The notes below the pieces were generated by a model. That model saw only the letters and a program-made list of their open reading frames with translations, was not told where the DNA came from and ran no database searches. A stretch of DNA of 63,990 nucleotides, filler included, from Octopus bimaculoides (lineage: Eukaryota): assembly GCF_001194135.2 (NCBI RefSeq). It is 6 parts of 6 records of this genome, joined end to end, with 100 filler letters (N's around TTAATTAATTAA, not from the genome) between each part and the next. Parts side by side here need not be neighbours in the genome. Positions count along the whole stretch, not along the records: positions 58,415 to 63,990 come from NC_068981.1; 5 more parts are not named here. One strand, given 5' to 3'. Position numbers and translations under genes: made by a program. This document shows positions 63,285 to 63,990 of the stretch, piece after piece. The stretch's first letter is position 1. Every line of letters starts with the position of its first letter.

Positions 63285-63990
63285 ATGTCTGCGCCAGTAA
63301 CAACACAACCCGCGGCATCAGATTCAAAAGACAACGAGCAACCTCCGCCCGGATACGGACCACCACCACCACCTGGGTATGGATCTCCTCCATCAGGATA
63401 CGGACAACCACCGCCAGTTGGCTACGCACCGCCACTCGACGGTTACGCACCTCCACAGGGCGGCTACGCCTCACCACCTGGGGGCTACGCACCTCCACAG
63501 GGCGGTTACGCACCACCACCGGGTGGTTACGCACCACCACCGGGTGGTTACGCACCACCACCGGGTGGTTACACACCATCACCCGGCGGTTATGCACCCC
63601 AACCCGGAGGATATGCACTACAACCGGGAGCTCAAGGGTCTCAACAGTGGATGACCAGGCCAACAGTTAGTAATTGTCCACCTGGTTTAGAATACTTGAC
63701 AACGATTGACCAAATTTTGGTGAAGCAGCAAGTAGAAATTCTAGAAGTACTAAGTGGTTTCGAATGTGCTAACAAATATATTATAGTCAATTCAGTTGGA
63801 CAACAAGTATATTTTGCTGGCGAAGAGTCTAATTTATGCATGCGTCAATGCTGCGGCAGTGCACGAGGTTTTGTGATGCACATATCCGATAATATGGCAC
63901 AAGAAGTTATGAGGATAACTAGAGAATTCAAATGTTGTGCTGGATGTTGTTGGTGCGCTTGTTGTGAAGCTTGTGCTTTAGAAGTAACAG
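63285..63990 (+). CDS. PLSCR: Phospholipid scramblase (PLSCR family), intronless over 235 codons, runs off the window end
   Basis: ATG at 63285 in an AAAAATGT context, open to the window end. Pro/Gly/Tyr-rich N-terminus, then WM..P...NCPPGLEYLTTIDQILVKQQVEILEVLSGFECANKY..NSVGQQVYFAGEES..C.RQCCG..RGF.MHI.DN..QEV and a Cys-rich palmitoylation-type segment. Confidence 0.95.
   Translation, partial: MSAPVTTQPAASDSKDNEQPPPGYGPPPPPGYGSPPSGYGQPPPVGYAPPLDGYAPPQGGYASPPGGYAPPQGGYAPPPGGYAPPPGGYAPPPGGYTPSPGGYAPQPGGYALQPGAQGSQQWMTRPTVSNCPPGLEYLTTIDQILVKQQVEILEVLSGFECANKYIIVNSVGQQVYFAGEESNLCMRQCCGSARGFVMHISDNMAQEVMRITREFKCCAGCCWCACCEACALEVT
63500..63565 (+). repeat. Coding 21-bp tandem repeat (GGTGGTTACGCACCACCACCG; GGYAPPP) within a longer degenerate array 63420-63625
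   Basis: About three near-perfect units plus about seven degenerate heptapeptide units. Confidence 0.9.

Noticed and set aside
63247-63663. Minus-strand 138-aa ORF with VVRNHP repeats, and + ORF 63379-63654
   Set aside because: Antisense and alternative-frame shadows of the scramblase GGYAPPP repeat.

Overview
Repeat-rich, gapped animal genomic DNA. The SINE families and (AT/GT/AAT/GAA) microsatellite load look octopus/cephalopod-like (inference). The window is six pieces joined by five artificial 100-bp spacers (44N-TTAATTAATTAA-44N). Two host genes are supported. (1) Six in-frame + strand exons of an SLC4A11-like transporter (482-15394), incomplete at both ends. (2) An intronless phospholipid scramblase ORF with a GGYAPPP-repeat N-terminus (63285 to window end), missing from the ORF track because it has no stop in the window. 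The rest is tRNA-derived SINEs, R4/Dong, RTE and Tx1-like LINE fragments, mariner/Tc1 relics, MITEs and simple repeats; most listed ORFs are microsatellite or gap read-through. The most interesting signal is two families of non-coding repeats carrying type I hammerhead ribozyme motifs. Family A is a tRNA-headed SINE-like unit with a minimal hammerhead, in a head-to-head plus direct arrangement (61687-62373). Family B has a large stem II insert (21375-21503, with decayed copies in a ~600-bp foldback at 17700-18290). Both arrangements resemble Penelope-like element (PLE) products. Ribozyme activity is untested and each genomic copy carries at least one deviation from the canonical fold.
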